64,000 bases of DNA from an uncultured Chloroflexia bacterium (lineage in GTDB: Bacteria; Chloroflexota; Limnocylindria; QHBO01): contig CAWHAZ010000005.1 of NCBI GenBank assembly GCA_963827475.1, positions 128,001 through 192,000 on the forward strand, written 5' to 3'. Under the pieces are notes generated by a model. The model ran no database searches. It saw only the letters and a list, made by a program, of their open reading frames with translations, and was not told where the DNA came from. The first letter of the stretch is position 1, and each line of letters starts with the position of its first letter. This document shows, in pieces, positions 1-9,401 of the stretch. Made by a program: the position numbers and the translations under genes.

Positions 1-527
1 TACCGGGCTGCTGTTCGGCGGCGCCCGCGTCGGGAAGGACAGCCTCCGAATCGAGGCGGCCGGCTCGGTCGACGAGGCGGTAGCCGCGCTGGGCATCGCG
101 CGAGCCGCACTGGGAGCCATCACCGACCGGAAGGAGGCTCGCCTGAGCGAGCTGATCATCCGCATCCAGCGCGAGCTGTTCGTGGTCGGGGCCGAGATCG
201 CGACCCACAACGTCCGGCGCGCGCGCCTGACCGATGGCGTGAGCCGGGTGACGGCGGACATGGTCACCGCCCTCGAGACCGAGATCGACGCCTGGACGGA
301 GTCCAACCCGATGCCGGCCGAGTTCATCGTCCCCGGCGAAACCGAACCCGGCGCGGCCCTCGATCTCGCCCGTTCGATCACCCGTCGGGCCGAACGACGG
401 GCGGTGGCCCTGGCCGAGGCCGGTGACCTCCCCGACTCGGAGGTCGGTCAAGTACCTGAACCGCCTCGCCGACCTGCTGTTCGTGATGGCCCGCGTGGCC
501 GATGGGGGCTTTCGCCCCGTCCGATAG
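1..527 (+). CDS. pduO: Cob(I)alamin adenosyltransferase, PduO type (5' truncated by window edge; frameshift near 445)
   Basis: Frame 2 reads TGLLFGGARVGKDSLRIEAAGSVDE...IQRELFVVGAEIA...ARSITRRAERR; after the shift YLNRLADLLFVMAR, stop TAG at 525-527. Confidence 0.9.
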
Positions 528-544
528 CGGCTGTCGCGCTTGGA

Positions 545-596
545 TCAAAGTTGCGTGGTTCCACGGATGCGGAGGCGACTGCCGCGGCCATACGGT
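545..596 (+). promoter_or_regulatory. Palindromic operator copy 1 plus -10 element
   Basis: TCAAAGTTGCGTGGTTCCACGGATGCG (545-571) matches 4103-4129 at 26/27 nt; TACGGT at 591-596. Confidence 0.65.
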
Positions 597-626
597 CTCG
601 TTGCCTGGATCAGCAAGGAGATCACC

Positions 627-1175
627 GTGGACCATCCCACTCACCGTTCCTCGCGAGGACGCACCGTGCCACTGCTGGCGGCGTGCCTTGCGCTGGCTGT
701 CGCGGCATGTACACCCTCCAGCAGTCCGGCCGGCAGCAGCCCGGCCGGCGGCGATGGCGGAGCCCCCAGCGCGGCGGGATCGGCGGCCCCAGACGGAGGT
801 CAGCCCGGATCCGGTGAGGACCGCGTCGATGGCAGCCTCACCACGTCCGGCGTCTACGACGCGACATGGACGTGGCAAGCGGGCAATGCCATGGATGTCG
901 GTGACATCGGCGGGATCACACTGAATTCGGACCAGGGGACGTTCGGCCACATCACCGTGAAGACCGATGGCAGCATTCGATTCGATAGCGCCGCGGCTGA
1001 ATTGCCGGCGGTTCCGTACCAGGGAACCGGCGCGCAGGTAACGCTCGACACGGTGAACATCGGGTACGTGTGCAGCTTCACGCTGGACAACGATCTCACC
1101 GGTACCGACGGCTCGGTGCTCCATATCGCGGGCACCATGACCTTCCACCTGGACGACGACATCACTCCCTGCTGA
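627..1175 (+). CDS. Putative lipoprotein, unknown function
   Basis: AAGGAG before GTG 627; lipobox LAVAAC; Ser/Pro/Gly linker then beta-rich domain. Confidence 0.7.
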   Translation: MDHPTHRSSRGRTVPLLAACLALAVAACTPSSSPAGSSPAGGDGGAPSAAGSAAPDGGQPGSGEDRVDGSLTTSGVYDATWTWQAGNAMDVGDIGGITLNSDQGTFGHITVKTDGSIRFDSAAAELPAVPYQGTGAQVTLDTVNIGYVCSFTLDNDLTGTDGSVLHIAGTMTFHLDDDITPC

Positions 1176-1262
1176 CATGAGTTGAGCCAGCCTCGCGAGA
1201 GGCTGCTCGACCCGGAAGGACCGATTGGCGCCCCAGGCCGGAGCCTCCGCTACCATCGCCGG

Positions 1263-4090
1263 GTGGAGGCGCAGCCCCTCACCGCGGTGCTCGTGGTCGG
1301 CCGAGAGGCCGAACGCACAGCGATCGATGCCTGGCTTGGCGAGGACCGTCCGGCGTCCCTGCTCATCAACGGCGAGGCCGGCATCGGCAAGAGCACGCTG
1401 TGGTCGTACGCGGTGGACCGAGCTGACCGATCGAGGGGATCGCATGCTGGCCTGGCGGGCAAGCAACGCCGAGCACGAGCTGGCCTTCGCCGCGCTGACC
1501 GGCACTCTTCGACGAACCGATGGTCCGTCCCGCTTGCTGGACCGCCTGCCCGACCCCGGCGGCGGGCGCTGGAGACCGCCATCGGTCGTGTCAGCCCGGA
1601 CCTCGCATCGGCCCGAGCCGAGCCTGGTCGGACTGGCCGTCGCCGACGTCCTGCGCATCCTTTCCGCGGAGGGCCCGGTGGTTGTGGCCATCGATGACGT
1701 GCAATGGACCGATGCGGCGAGCGCAGCAGGCCCTCGCCTTCGCCGCCCGCCGCCTCCGGGCCGAGCCGGTCGGGTTCGTCCTCGCTCGCCGAACCGGTCC
1801 GGGCGAGACCGCGGAGACCGGCCGAACCGATCTCGTTTCCACGGCGGTCGAACGACCCGAGCGGATGGACGTCGGGTCCACTGTCCGTGGGAGCGCTGGG
1901 CCGGCTCGTCCACGAGCGGCTGGGCGTGGCCCATCCCCGACCGCTGCTGGTTCGCCTTCACGAGGCCTGCTCTGGCAACCCGTTCCTGGGCCTCGGGAAT
2001 CAGCCGATCGCTCCAGGCTCGAGCGATGGAGCCGGCGCTGGGGGAGCCCTTCCCGGTCCCACCGCAGGCTGGAGCCGGTCGTCCGCGATCACCTCGCGGC
2101 GTTGAGCCGGGACGCCCGGCGGAGCGTGGTGATCGTGGCGATGTCGCCCGCGCCGAGCGTGGCCCTCGTCGAGCGGATCATCGGCGACGGTGGCGGCGGC
2201 GGCAGTCGACGAGGCGTGTGAGAAGGGTGTCCTGGTCGCCGACGGACCGCGCCTGCGGGCGGCCCACCCCTTGTTCACCTCGACCGCCTACGCCGATGCG
2301 CCGCCCGGCGAGCGGCGTGCGCTGCGGGCGGCACTGGCGGAGATCGCCGAGGATCCGGTCGAACGAGCCATTCACCTGGCGGCCATGGTCGACGGGCAGG
2401 ACGCGGGCGTGGCCGAGGCACTCGCCGCCGCGGGCAGAACCGCCTTCGCCCGCGGCGCACCGGCCATCGCCGCCGACCTGCTGGAGCGCTCGGCTCAGCA
2501 TGCGGTGGGGGTTGAGCAGCGGAGCATCGCGCTGATCGGGGCCGCGGACGCGGCCGTCGCGGCGGGGGACTACGACCGAGCAGCGACCAGTCTCCGGGCG
2601 GTGCTGGATACCGTCCCCCACGGGCGTCGGCGGGCGGAGGCGCTCCTGGCGCTGGGTGAGGTCGTCTACCTCGAGGACCCGAACGAAGCCCTCGTGCTCC
2701 TCGTTTCGGCCCTGGATCACACCGACGGGGATCCTCTGCTCGAGGCGTTGGTGCACTCGCACATTGCCGGCATGGCAGACATGGATCCCGGGGCGGCGCA
2801 GCGGAGCGCGCTGGCGGCGGTGGACATCCTCGAACGACCCGGCCTCGAGCCGGCGCAGGACCATCTGGCCTGCGCCCTGCTCGATCGGGCGTTTCATTGG
2901 CTGCTTGCCTGCGAGAAGGTTGCCGTGGACGACATCGATCGCGGCATCGGGCTGCGCAGCGGCTCCGGCGACTCGTTCGTGTCCCGGCGGGCCCAGGAGG
3001 TCGCCCACCGGTGCTCGTACCACCTCGGCCGACTCGACGACGCGATTGCGCTGGACCAGGCGGAGTACCGACGGCTCACCGATCTGGGGCAGGTGGGCCT
3101 TCTTCCGCCGATCATCCAGTCGCTGACCGGCGCTGCTGCTGATGACCGGCGACTGGGAGGCCGCCCGGCGGTACGCCCGGGAGTGCCACGACCTGGTGGA
3201 GCAGGGCGAAGAGGCCTGGCGCGAGCGATCCCTGACGATTGACGCGCATGTCGCCGCCTGGTCCGGGGACCTCGAGACGGCCCGCGCGATGGGGATGGAG
3301 GCCCTGACCAGGCAGGAGGCCACCGGCGACCTCTGGGAGGCGCACGATCTTCTGCGCCCTGCTGGGGTTCGTCGAGCTCTCCGCTTCCGACCACGTCGCG
3401 GCCCTCGCGGTACCTGACCCGCGCACTGGAGCACGCCGATGCGATCGAGGTCGCGCTCCCGTCCCAGTTCGGGTTCCTTGGCGACCTGGTCGAGGCGGCG
3501 GTGCTGTCGGGAGAGATCGACCTCGCCGAACAGGTGCTGCACGACCGCCTCGAGGAGCCGGCGAAACGCGTGCCCGCTGCCGTGGATCCTTGCCATGGCC
3601 GCGCGAGGCCGCGGCCTGGTGGCTGCCGGGCGGGGAGAGCTCGACGACGCGACCTCTTGCACCTCGACCGCGCCGAGGAGCTCTTTCGCGCCACGCTGGG
3701 GATGCCCTTCGAACGGGCCCGAACACGTGCTCGCTCGTGGCCAGGTCCATCGGCGGGCGGGGCAGCGCCGGAAGGCCCGCGAGGACATCGGGGCCGCCCT
3801 CGAGATCTTTCAGGCGCTCGGCGCGGCGGCTTGGACAGCACGAGCCGCCCAGGAGCTGGGGCGGCTCGGGGGCGCGCAGCCCCGCGGGGTCGACCCTCAC
3901 GGCCTCTGAGCTGGCAGTCGCCGAGCTGGCGTCCGCGGGTCGCTCGAACCGGGAGATCGCGGCGGAGCTGGTTGTGTCCGTCCGGACCGTCGAGAGCCAG
4001 CTGTCGGCCGCGTATCGGAAGCTCGATATCCAATCTCGCGGCCAGCTGGCCGCGGCCCTGGCCGCTTCCGGAGGCGCGACCGCCCCGTAG
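1263..4090 (+). CDS. Large ATP-binding LuxR-family (LAL/MalT-like) regulator, multiple frameshifts
   Basis: VGREAE, Walker A GEAGIGKS, Walker B VVAIDDVQWTD, GNPF, HPLF, TPR-like region, C-terminal HTH LTASELAVAELASAGRSNREIAAELVVSVRTVESQLSAAYRKL spread over several frames. Confidence 0.85.
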
Positions 4091-4102
4091 TCCGCGTGGC
4101 CT

Positions 4103-4153
4103 TCAAAGTTCCGTGGTTCCACGGATGCGACCGATGGACCTGCCACCTACGGT
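4103..4153 (+). promoter_or_regulatory. Palindromic operator copy 2 plus -10 element (leaderless promoter)
   Basis: CCGTGG-TT-CCACGG core; TACGGT at 4148-4153, 6 nt before GTG 4160. Confidence 0.65.
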
Positions 4154-4159
4154 GCAGGG

Positions 4160-4546
4160 GTGGCCAACCCAAAGCGGCGCTTCTTCCTGGTCGAGCGGTA
4201 CATCCCGTCGATCAGCTCCAGCTCGGTGGAATCGGCCGCGCAGCGCCTGGCCGAAACGGCAGACGACTCGGCCCGCCACCTGATCACGCTCCTGGTGGCC
4301 GGCGAAGAGACGTGCCTTTCGGTCTTCGAGGCCGCAGACGCCCGCGCCGTGGAAGTTGCCAACGAACGCGCTGGTTTTGAGCTAGACCGGATCGTCGAGG
4401 TCGAGATGTTCGAGGCGACGCCCTGGCCGACCGAGATCAGACCCGCCCGATCGCGACCGAGATGCGAGCAGCGTCGCCGATCCGCTGCATATCGTTGTCC
4501 GACGGCGAATGCACCGCGGCAGACCGGCTCTGGCCCGGCGCACTGA
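4160..4546 (+). CDS. Small DUF4242/SCO4226-like ferredoxin-fold protein (C-terminus may be run-on)
   Basis: FLVERYIP...EETCLSVFEAADARAVEVANERAGFELDRIVE pattern. Confidence 0.6.
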   Translation: MANPKRRFFLVERYIPSISSSSVESAAQRLAETADDSARHLITLLVAGEETCLSVFEAADARAVEVANERAGFELDRIVEVEMFEATPWPTEIRPARSRPRCEQRRRSAAYRCPTANAPRQTGSGPAH

Positions 4547-4562
4547 CAAGGAGACCCACACG

Positions 4563-5930
4563 ATGAGCTATGCCGTGACCAACCCCGCCACGGGCGAGAC
4601 GGTCAAGACCTACGACACCATCACCGACGCCGAGCTCGAGGCCGCGATCGCCGCAGCCGACGAAGCGCACCGCACCTGGTCGAAGTCGACCACGTTCGAG
4701 GAGCGCGCGGCCCTCATCCGCCGCGTCAGCGAACTGCACACGGAGCGCCGCCAGGAGCTGGCGGAGCTCATCGTGCGGGAGATGGGCAAGCCGATCGCGC
4801 AGGCGCTCGGCGAGGTCGACTTCGCCGCGGCAATCTACGAGTACTACGCCGACCACTGCTCGGCGGACTTCCTGAAGGACGAGCCGATCCAGCTCCTCGC
4901 GGGCGATGGCTCGGCGGTCATCCGCCGCTCGTCACTCGGGGTGCTGCTCGGCGTCATGCCGTGGAACTTCCCGTACTACCAGGTCGCCCGCTTCGCCGGC
5001 CCGAACCTCATCATCGGCAACACGGTCCTGCTCAAGCACGCCGCGCAGTGCCCCGAGTCCGCCGCCGCGATGCAGCAGATCTTCCTCGACGCGGGCTTCC
5101 CGGCCGGCGCCTACGTGAACATCTACGCCTCGCACGACCAGCTTGAGCGGGTCATCGCCGACCCGCGGGTGCAGGGCGTCTCGCTCACCGGCTCCGAGCG
5201 CGCCGGCGCCGCGGTCGCCGAGATCGCCGGTCGCCACCTGAAGAAGGTCGTGCTCGAGCTCGGCGGCTCGGACCCCTTCATCCTGCTCTCGACCGACGAC
5301 CTCGACGCCACGGTGCAGAACGCGGTCGACGCCCGCCTCGACAACAGCGGCCAGTCCTGCAACGCCGCCAAGCGCTTCATCGTCGCCGACGACCTGTACG
5401 AGCCGTTCCTCGAGAAGTTCACCGCGAAGATCGCCGCGATCGAGGCGACCGACCCGACGTCGGCCGAGGCGGCGCTCGGCCCGCTGTCCTCGCTGAAGGC
5501 CGCCGAGGGCCTCGACGAGCAGGTCAAGCGCGCGATCGAGCACGGCGCGACGCTCGTGCACGGCGGCACCCGCGACGGCGCGTTCTTCCAGACGACCGTG
5601 CTGACGGATGTCACCCCCGAGAACCCCGCCTCGAAGGAGGAGTTCTTCGGCCCGGTCGCGCAGGTGTACCGCGCAAAGGACGAGGCCGACGCCGTGCGCA
5701 TCGCGAACGACACCCCGTTCGGCTTGGGCTCGTACGTCTACACCACCGACCAGGAGCAGGCGCTCCGCGTCGCCGACGGCATCGAGGCCGGCATGGTGTT
5801 CGTGAACGTCGTGCTCGCCGACGGCGTCGAGCTGCCGTTCGGCGGCATCAAGCGCTCAGGCTCGGGCCGCGAGCTCGGCCGCTTCGGCGCCGACGAGTTC
5901 GTGAACAAGAAGATGATCCGCATCGGCTGA
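4563..5930 (+). CDS. NAD(P)-dependent succinate-semialdehyde dehydrogenase-like ALDH
   Basis: AAGGAG RBS; MPWNFP, TGSERAG, LELGGSDP, GQSC, EEFFGP, PFGGIKRSG. Confidence 0.9.
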   Translation: MSYAVTNPATGETVKTYDTITDAELEAAIAAADEAHRTWSKSTTFEERAALIRRVSELHTERRQELAELIVREMGKPIAQALGEVDFAAAIYEYYADHCSADFLKDEPIQLLAGDGSAVIRRSSLGVLLGVMPWNFPYYQVARFAGPNLIIGNTVLLKHAAQCPESAAAMQQIFLDAGFPAGAYVNIYASHDQLERVIADPRVQGVSLTGSERAGAAVAEIAGRHLKKVVLELGGSDPFILLSTDDLDATVQNAVDARLDNSGQSCNAAKRFIVADDLYEPFLEKFTAKIAAIEATDPTSAEAALGPLSSLKAAEGLDEQVKRAIEHGATLVHGGTRDGAFFQTTVLTDVTPENPASKEEFFGPVAQVYRAKDEADAVRIANDTPFGLGSYVYTTDQEQALRVADGIEAGMVFVNVVLADGVELPFGGIKRSGSGRELGRFGADEFVNKKMIRIG

Positions 5931-5934
5931 CGCC

Positions 5935-5954
5935 CGGACCCCACGTGGGGTCCG
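5935..5954. terminator. Perfect 20-bp palindrome between convergent genes
   Basis: CGGACCCCACGTGGGGTCCG just after the ALDH stop. Confidence 0.55.
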
Positions 5955-5981
5955 CGTCCCCAGATCGTCCGCCCTCCGAAC

Positions 5982-7102
5982 TCAGCCGGCGCTGAGTGGC
6001 AGCGTGAAGCGGAGGGTGGTGCCGCGGCCCGGTTCGGAGGTGGCGGTCAGGGTGCCGCCGTGGGCCTCGACCAGGTCACGGGCGATGGGGAGGCCGAGGC
6101 CGCTCCCCGGGGAGTCGGGCGATCGGTAGAACCGGTCGAAGATGTGGTCCAGTTCTTCGGGAGTCATGCCGCTCCCGGTGTCGCGGACGGTGACCTCGAC
6201 CACCCCTCCGGCCACTCGAGCGGCCAGGTCCACGCTGCCGCCGGACGGCGTGTGACGGAGGGCATTGGCGAGCAGGTTCGAGACCACTTCGCGGATCCGC
6301 GCTGGATCGACGTCCATCACCGGGACGGCCTCGGCCACCGAGACGATGAGCTGGATGCCGGCGGCATCGGCCTGACCGCGGTACCCCGCGGCGACATCGG
6401 GGAGCAGCGTGCCCAGGTCGGTGGGCTCGCGATGGAGGACAAGGCGGCCGGCCTCCGCCAGGGTGAGCGTGCGGAGGTCTTCGATCAGCCGCTCCATGAC
6501 GCGCGCCTCCTCGAGGATGGGCTCGAGGTGCTCGCGATCGGCCGGGATAGACGCCGTCGATCAGCGCTTCGACGTTGCCCTGGATCACGGTGAGCGGAGT
6601 GCGCAGCTCATGCGAGACGTCGGCGAGGGTCGACTGACGTTGCTGCTCGATCTCCTCGAGCCGGGCGCTCATCGAGTTGAAGGCGCGGGCGAGGTGGCGG
6701 ACCTCGCGAGGGCCCGCGCTCCGGCACGCGTGTGCTGAAGTCACCGGCTTCGACTCGGCCGGACGCCTCGATGAGGTCGCCGACGGGAACCGCCGCGCGA
6801 CGCACCGCCCGCGCGATACCGGATAGCAGGAACAGAACGAAGATCCCGAGGAGGACGACCGCCACCCACGGCGGGTCCCCGCTGGTGACGGCCCCGATCA
6901 CCCAGGACAGCAGCGCGAAGAACGCCACCACCAGGATGACGAAGAAGAAGAAGCCGCAGCCGACGCGCCACATGAAGTGGCCGCGCACCTCCGACGAGCG
7001 CTCCGTGTCCGGCGGCGGCCAGGCCTCGTCCTCCGGCCACCACGGAGGTCGGTGGCGTCCATAGCCATGGCGGCGGTGCCGGTTGTGTCCCCAGTCAGAC
7101 AT
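5982..7102 (-). CDS. Sensor histidine kinase (BaeS-like, HAMP), frameshifted
   Basis: Two TM helices, HAMP, SHELRTPL, NLLANALRH, DTGSG, FDRFYR, GSGLGL. Confidence 0.88.
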
Positions 7103-7772
7103 CGGCCAGCCGGTAGCCGACCCCGTACACCGTGAGCAGGTAGCGCGGGGACCGCGGATCCGGCTCGAGCTTGCGACGGATGTTCTTCACGTGGGCGTCG
7201 ATGGCCCGCTCGTAGGACTCGAGGGCATCGCCCTGGACGGCGTCCAGGAGCTGGGACCGGGTGAAGACACGGCCCGGCTGTCGGGCGAGGGTGGCGAGAA
7301 GCCGGAACTCGGTCGCGGTCAACGCCACCGTCCGTCCGTCAACCTCCGCACGCAGCCGAGGCATGTCGAGGACCAGGTCCCCGGCGCGAACCACGTCGGC
7401 CTCCAGGTCGCCGGCCTGACGGCGGATGACGGCGCGGACTCGCGCGGTCAGCTCGCGCGGGCTGAAGGGCTTGGTGACGTAGTCGTCCGCCCCCAGCTCC
7501 AGGCCGACCACCTTGTCCGTCTCGTCGTCGCGGGCGGTGAGCATGATGATCGGGACACCGGAATCGCGACGGAGTCGGCGGGTCACTTCCAGCCCGTCGA
7601 GCTCCGGCAGGCCGAGGTCGAGGACGATGAGGTCGGGCCGATCCTGGTGGGCGCGCATGAGCGCCTCGGGCCCGGTCCGCGCGGTGGAAACCGCGAAACC
7701 CGCCCGCTCCAGGTAGTCGCGGACGAGCTGGACGATTCTGGGCTCGTCGTCGACGACGAGGACCCGCGCCAT
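7095..7772 (-). CDS. OmpR/PhoB-family response regulator
   Basis: VLVVDDE, LDLGLP, GADDYVTKPFS, winged helix ending TVYGVGY. Confidence 0.95.
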   Translation of the reverse strand: MARVLVVDDEPRIVQLVRDYLERAGFAVSTARTGPEALMRAHQDRPDLIVLDLGLPELDGLEVTRRLRRDSGVPIIMLTARDDETDKVVGLELGADDYVTKPFSPRELTARVRAVIRRQAGDLEADVVRAGDLVLDMPRLRAEVDGRTVALTATEFRLLATLARQPGRVFTRSQLLDAVQGDALESYERAIDAHVKNIRRKLEPDPRSPRYLLTVYGVGYRLADV

Positions 7773-7832
7773 GTCCGGCATGGTAGTCGGGCGAGCGGCG
7801 TCCGCCGCTCGCCCGCATCGGTCCGTGGAGGT

Positions 7833-8270
7833 CTACGCCTTGTCCGGGGCTGGCTTGCCCGGAGCGTTGCCCGGTGGTGCTTCTGGGGCATCGGGCGCGT
7901 CCGGCACCTCGCCATGGAGCTCGCGATGCCACTCCTCGAAGTAGTCACGGCGGCCACGGCGGTGATCCGAGCCATACCGGCTGTAGCGGTAGTCACCCCA
8001 GCCGTGATGCCGGCCCCCGTGGCCCCAGCCGAAGGCGGCGCGGAACAGGCCGAAGATCAGGCCGAAGAACAGGAACAGGAAGAACAGGCCGAAGATGAAC
8101 CCGAAGATCCCGCCGACCCATCCCATGTCCCACGGCTGTCCGACGTACGGCGGCAGACCGGCATCGGTCCCCATCCCAGCCGAGACCCCGGCGTTGTAGA
8201 TGCCGACCCCGACCGCGGCCAGCAGGCCGACGGCCAGCAGGAAGGCCAGGAAGCGAAGGAACCCGGACAT
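7833..8270 (-). CDS. Small membrane protein upstream of the two-component system
   Basis: GAGGAG RBS; two hydrophobic segments, Gly/His-rich tail, FEEWHRELH. Confidence 0.7.
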   Translation of the reverse strand: MSGFLRFLAFLLAVGLLAAVGVGIYNAGVSAGMGTDAGLPPYVGQPWDMGWVGGIFGFIFGLFFLFLFFGLIFGLFRAAFGWGHGGRHHGWGDYRYSRYGSDHRRGRRDYFEEWHRELHGEVPDAPDAPEAPPGNAPGKPAPDKA

Positions 8271-8407
8271 TGATTGAGACTCCTCATGTGTTCGGACCGA
8301 TGTCTACGGTCCACTCGAGAGGCAGCCTGAGCCCGAGTTATGGGTGAATTGTGAACGCCGAATGGAGAACCCGAGCGACGATCAACCCTCGCGCGGTGGG
8401 GAGGGGG

Positions 8408-8665
8408 TCACTCCCGCTCGTTCCGCAGCCAGTCGCACTGGGGGCACTTCGGATCGCGGCTATCCACGGAAACACGGAGGCCCAGGACCAGCTCCTCCCG
8501 GCCGCACAGGGACAGTGAGCCGATGTTGTCGTTGGTCCTCGGGTACGCGTGGGCCCACCTCGTCCCAATCCATCGGACCTTCGCTCCCTTGGGGAGGATC
8601 GCCACTCCACGGCGGGGAGCCGAGGTGACCAGGCCACTCGGGCGGTTGGTGATGGAGGAAATCAT
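8408..8665 (-). CDS. Small putative zinc-binding protein (DUF3039-like)
   Basis: 85 aa with HAY...SLCG...KCPQC. Confidence 0.45.
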   Translation of the reverse strand: MISSITNRPSGLVTSAPRRGVAILPKGAKVRWIGTRWAHAYPRTNDNIGSLSLCGREELVLGLRVSVDSRDPKCPQCDWLRNERE

Positions 8666-8737
8666 GGTGCAGGTGCCCTTCTCGCGGTTTCAGCCGCGAA
8701 TGCGTGAGGTGTCGTTAGGTGTAGTATGTCACATTCC

Positions 8738-8757
8738 TATACTGTCTGTCTAGTATA
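8738..8757. promoter_or_regulatory. Putative TetR operator
   Basis: Inverted repeat TATACT-N8-AGTATA in an AT-rich divergent intergenic region, just upstream of TAGAAT (8767-8772). Confidence 0.55.
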
Positions 8758-8778
8758 TGAACCGGGTAGAATAGCCGC

Positions 8779-9369
8779 ATGCCGACTGCTGTCGCAGCCA
8801 GGGGGCGTCCGCGCGATCCGACCGTCGACAAGCGGGTTCTCCGCGCGACCGTCGCGATCCTCCGAGAGCGCGGCGTCGCAGGTACCACCGTCAATGCCGT
8901 GGCCCGCCGAGCGGGCGTCGCGCGGGCCTCGATCTACCTCCGCTACCCAAGCCGGGATCGCCTCATCACGGCGGCCATCCGTGCCGCCATCGGTCGCGAG
9001 CCAATCCTGGCCAGCGGAGACCTCGAGCGGGACATCCGCCGAACTGCCGAGCAGGCGCGCGCCATCTTCTCGTCGCGGCAGCTCCAGCGGCTGCTGCCCC
9101 CCCTGATCGAAGGTCTGCTCCAGCCGCGGAACTCCCCGACCGCCCTCAGTTACGACATCCTCGCCCCGAATCGCCGCGTGCTCGTAAACGAGTATCGCGA
9201 GCTGGCCTCGGCGACCGGATTCCGGACCGATGTCGATCCGGAGACGGTGTTCGACCAGATCGTCGGCCCGATCCTGAACCGACTGCTCGTCACCGGCACC
9301 GCCCCGGCGGCCGACGAGGTCGATGCATTGGTGGACGTGCTCATCAAGGGACTCCGCGCTCGGGGCTAG
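8779..9369 (+). CDS. TetR/AcrR-family transcriptional regulator
   Basis: RGRPRD...TTVNAVARRAGVARASIYLRYPSR. Confidence 0.92.
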   Translation: MPTAVAARGRPRDPTVDKRVLRATVAILRERGVAGTTVNAVARRAGVARASIYLRYPSRDRLITAAIRAAIGREPILASGDLERDIRRTAEQARAIFSSRQLQRLLPPLIEGLLQPRNSPTALSYDILAPNRRVLVNEYRELASATGFRTDVDPETVFDQIVGPILNRLLVTGTAPAADEVDALVDVLIKGLRARG

Positions 9370-9401
9370 TCCGCCCACCACTGCCTGTACCGTACGCAGC
9401 C

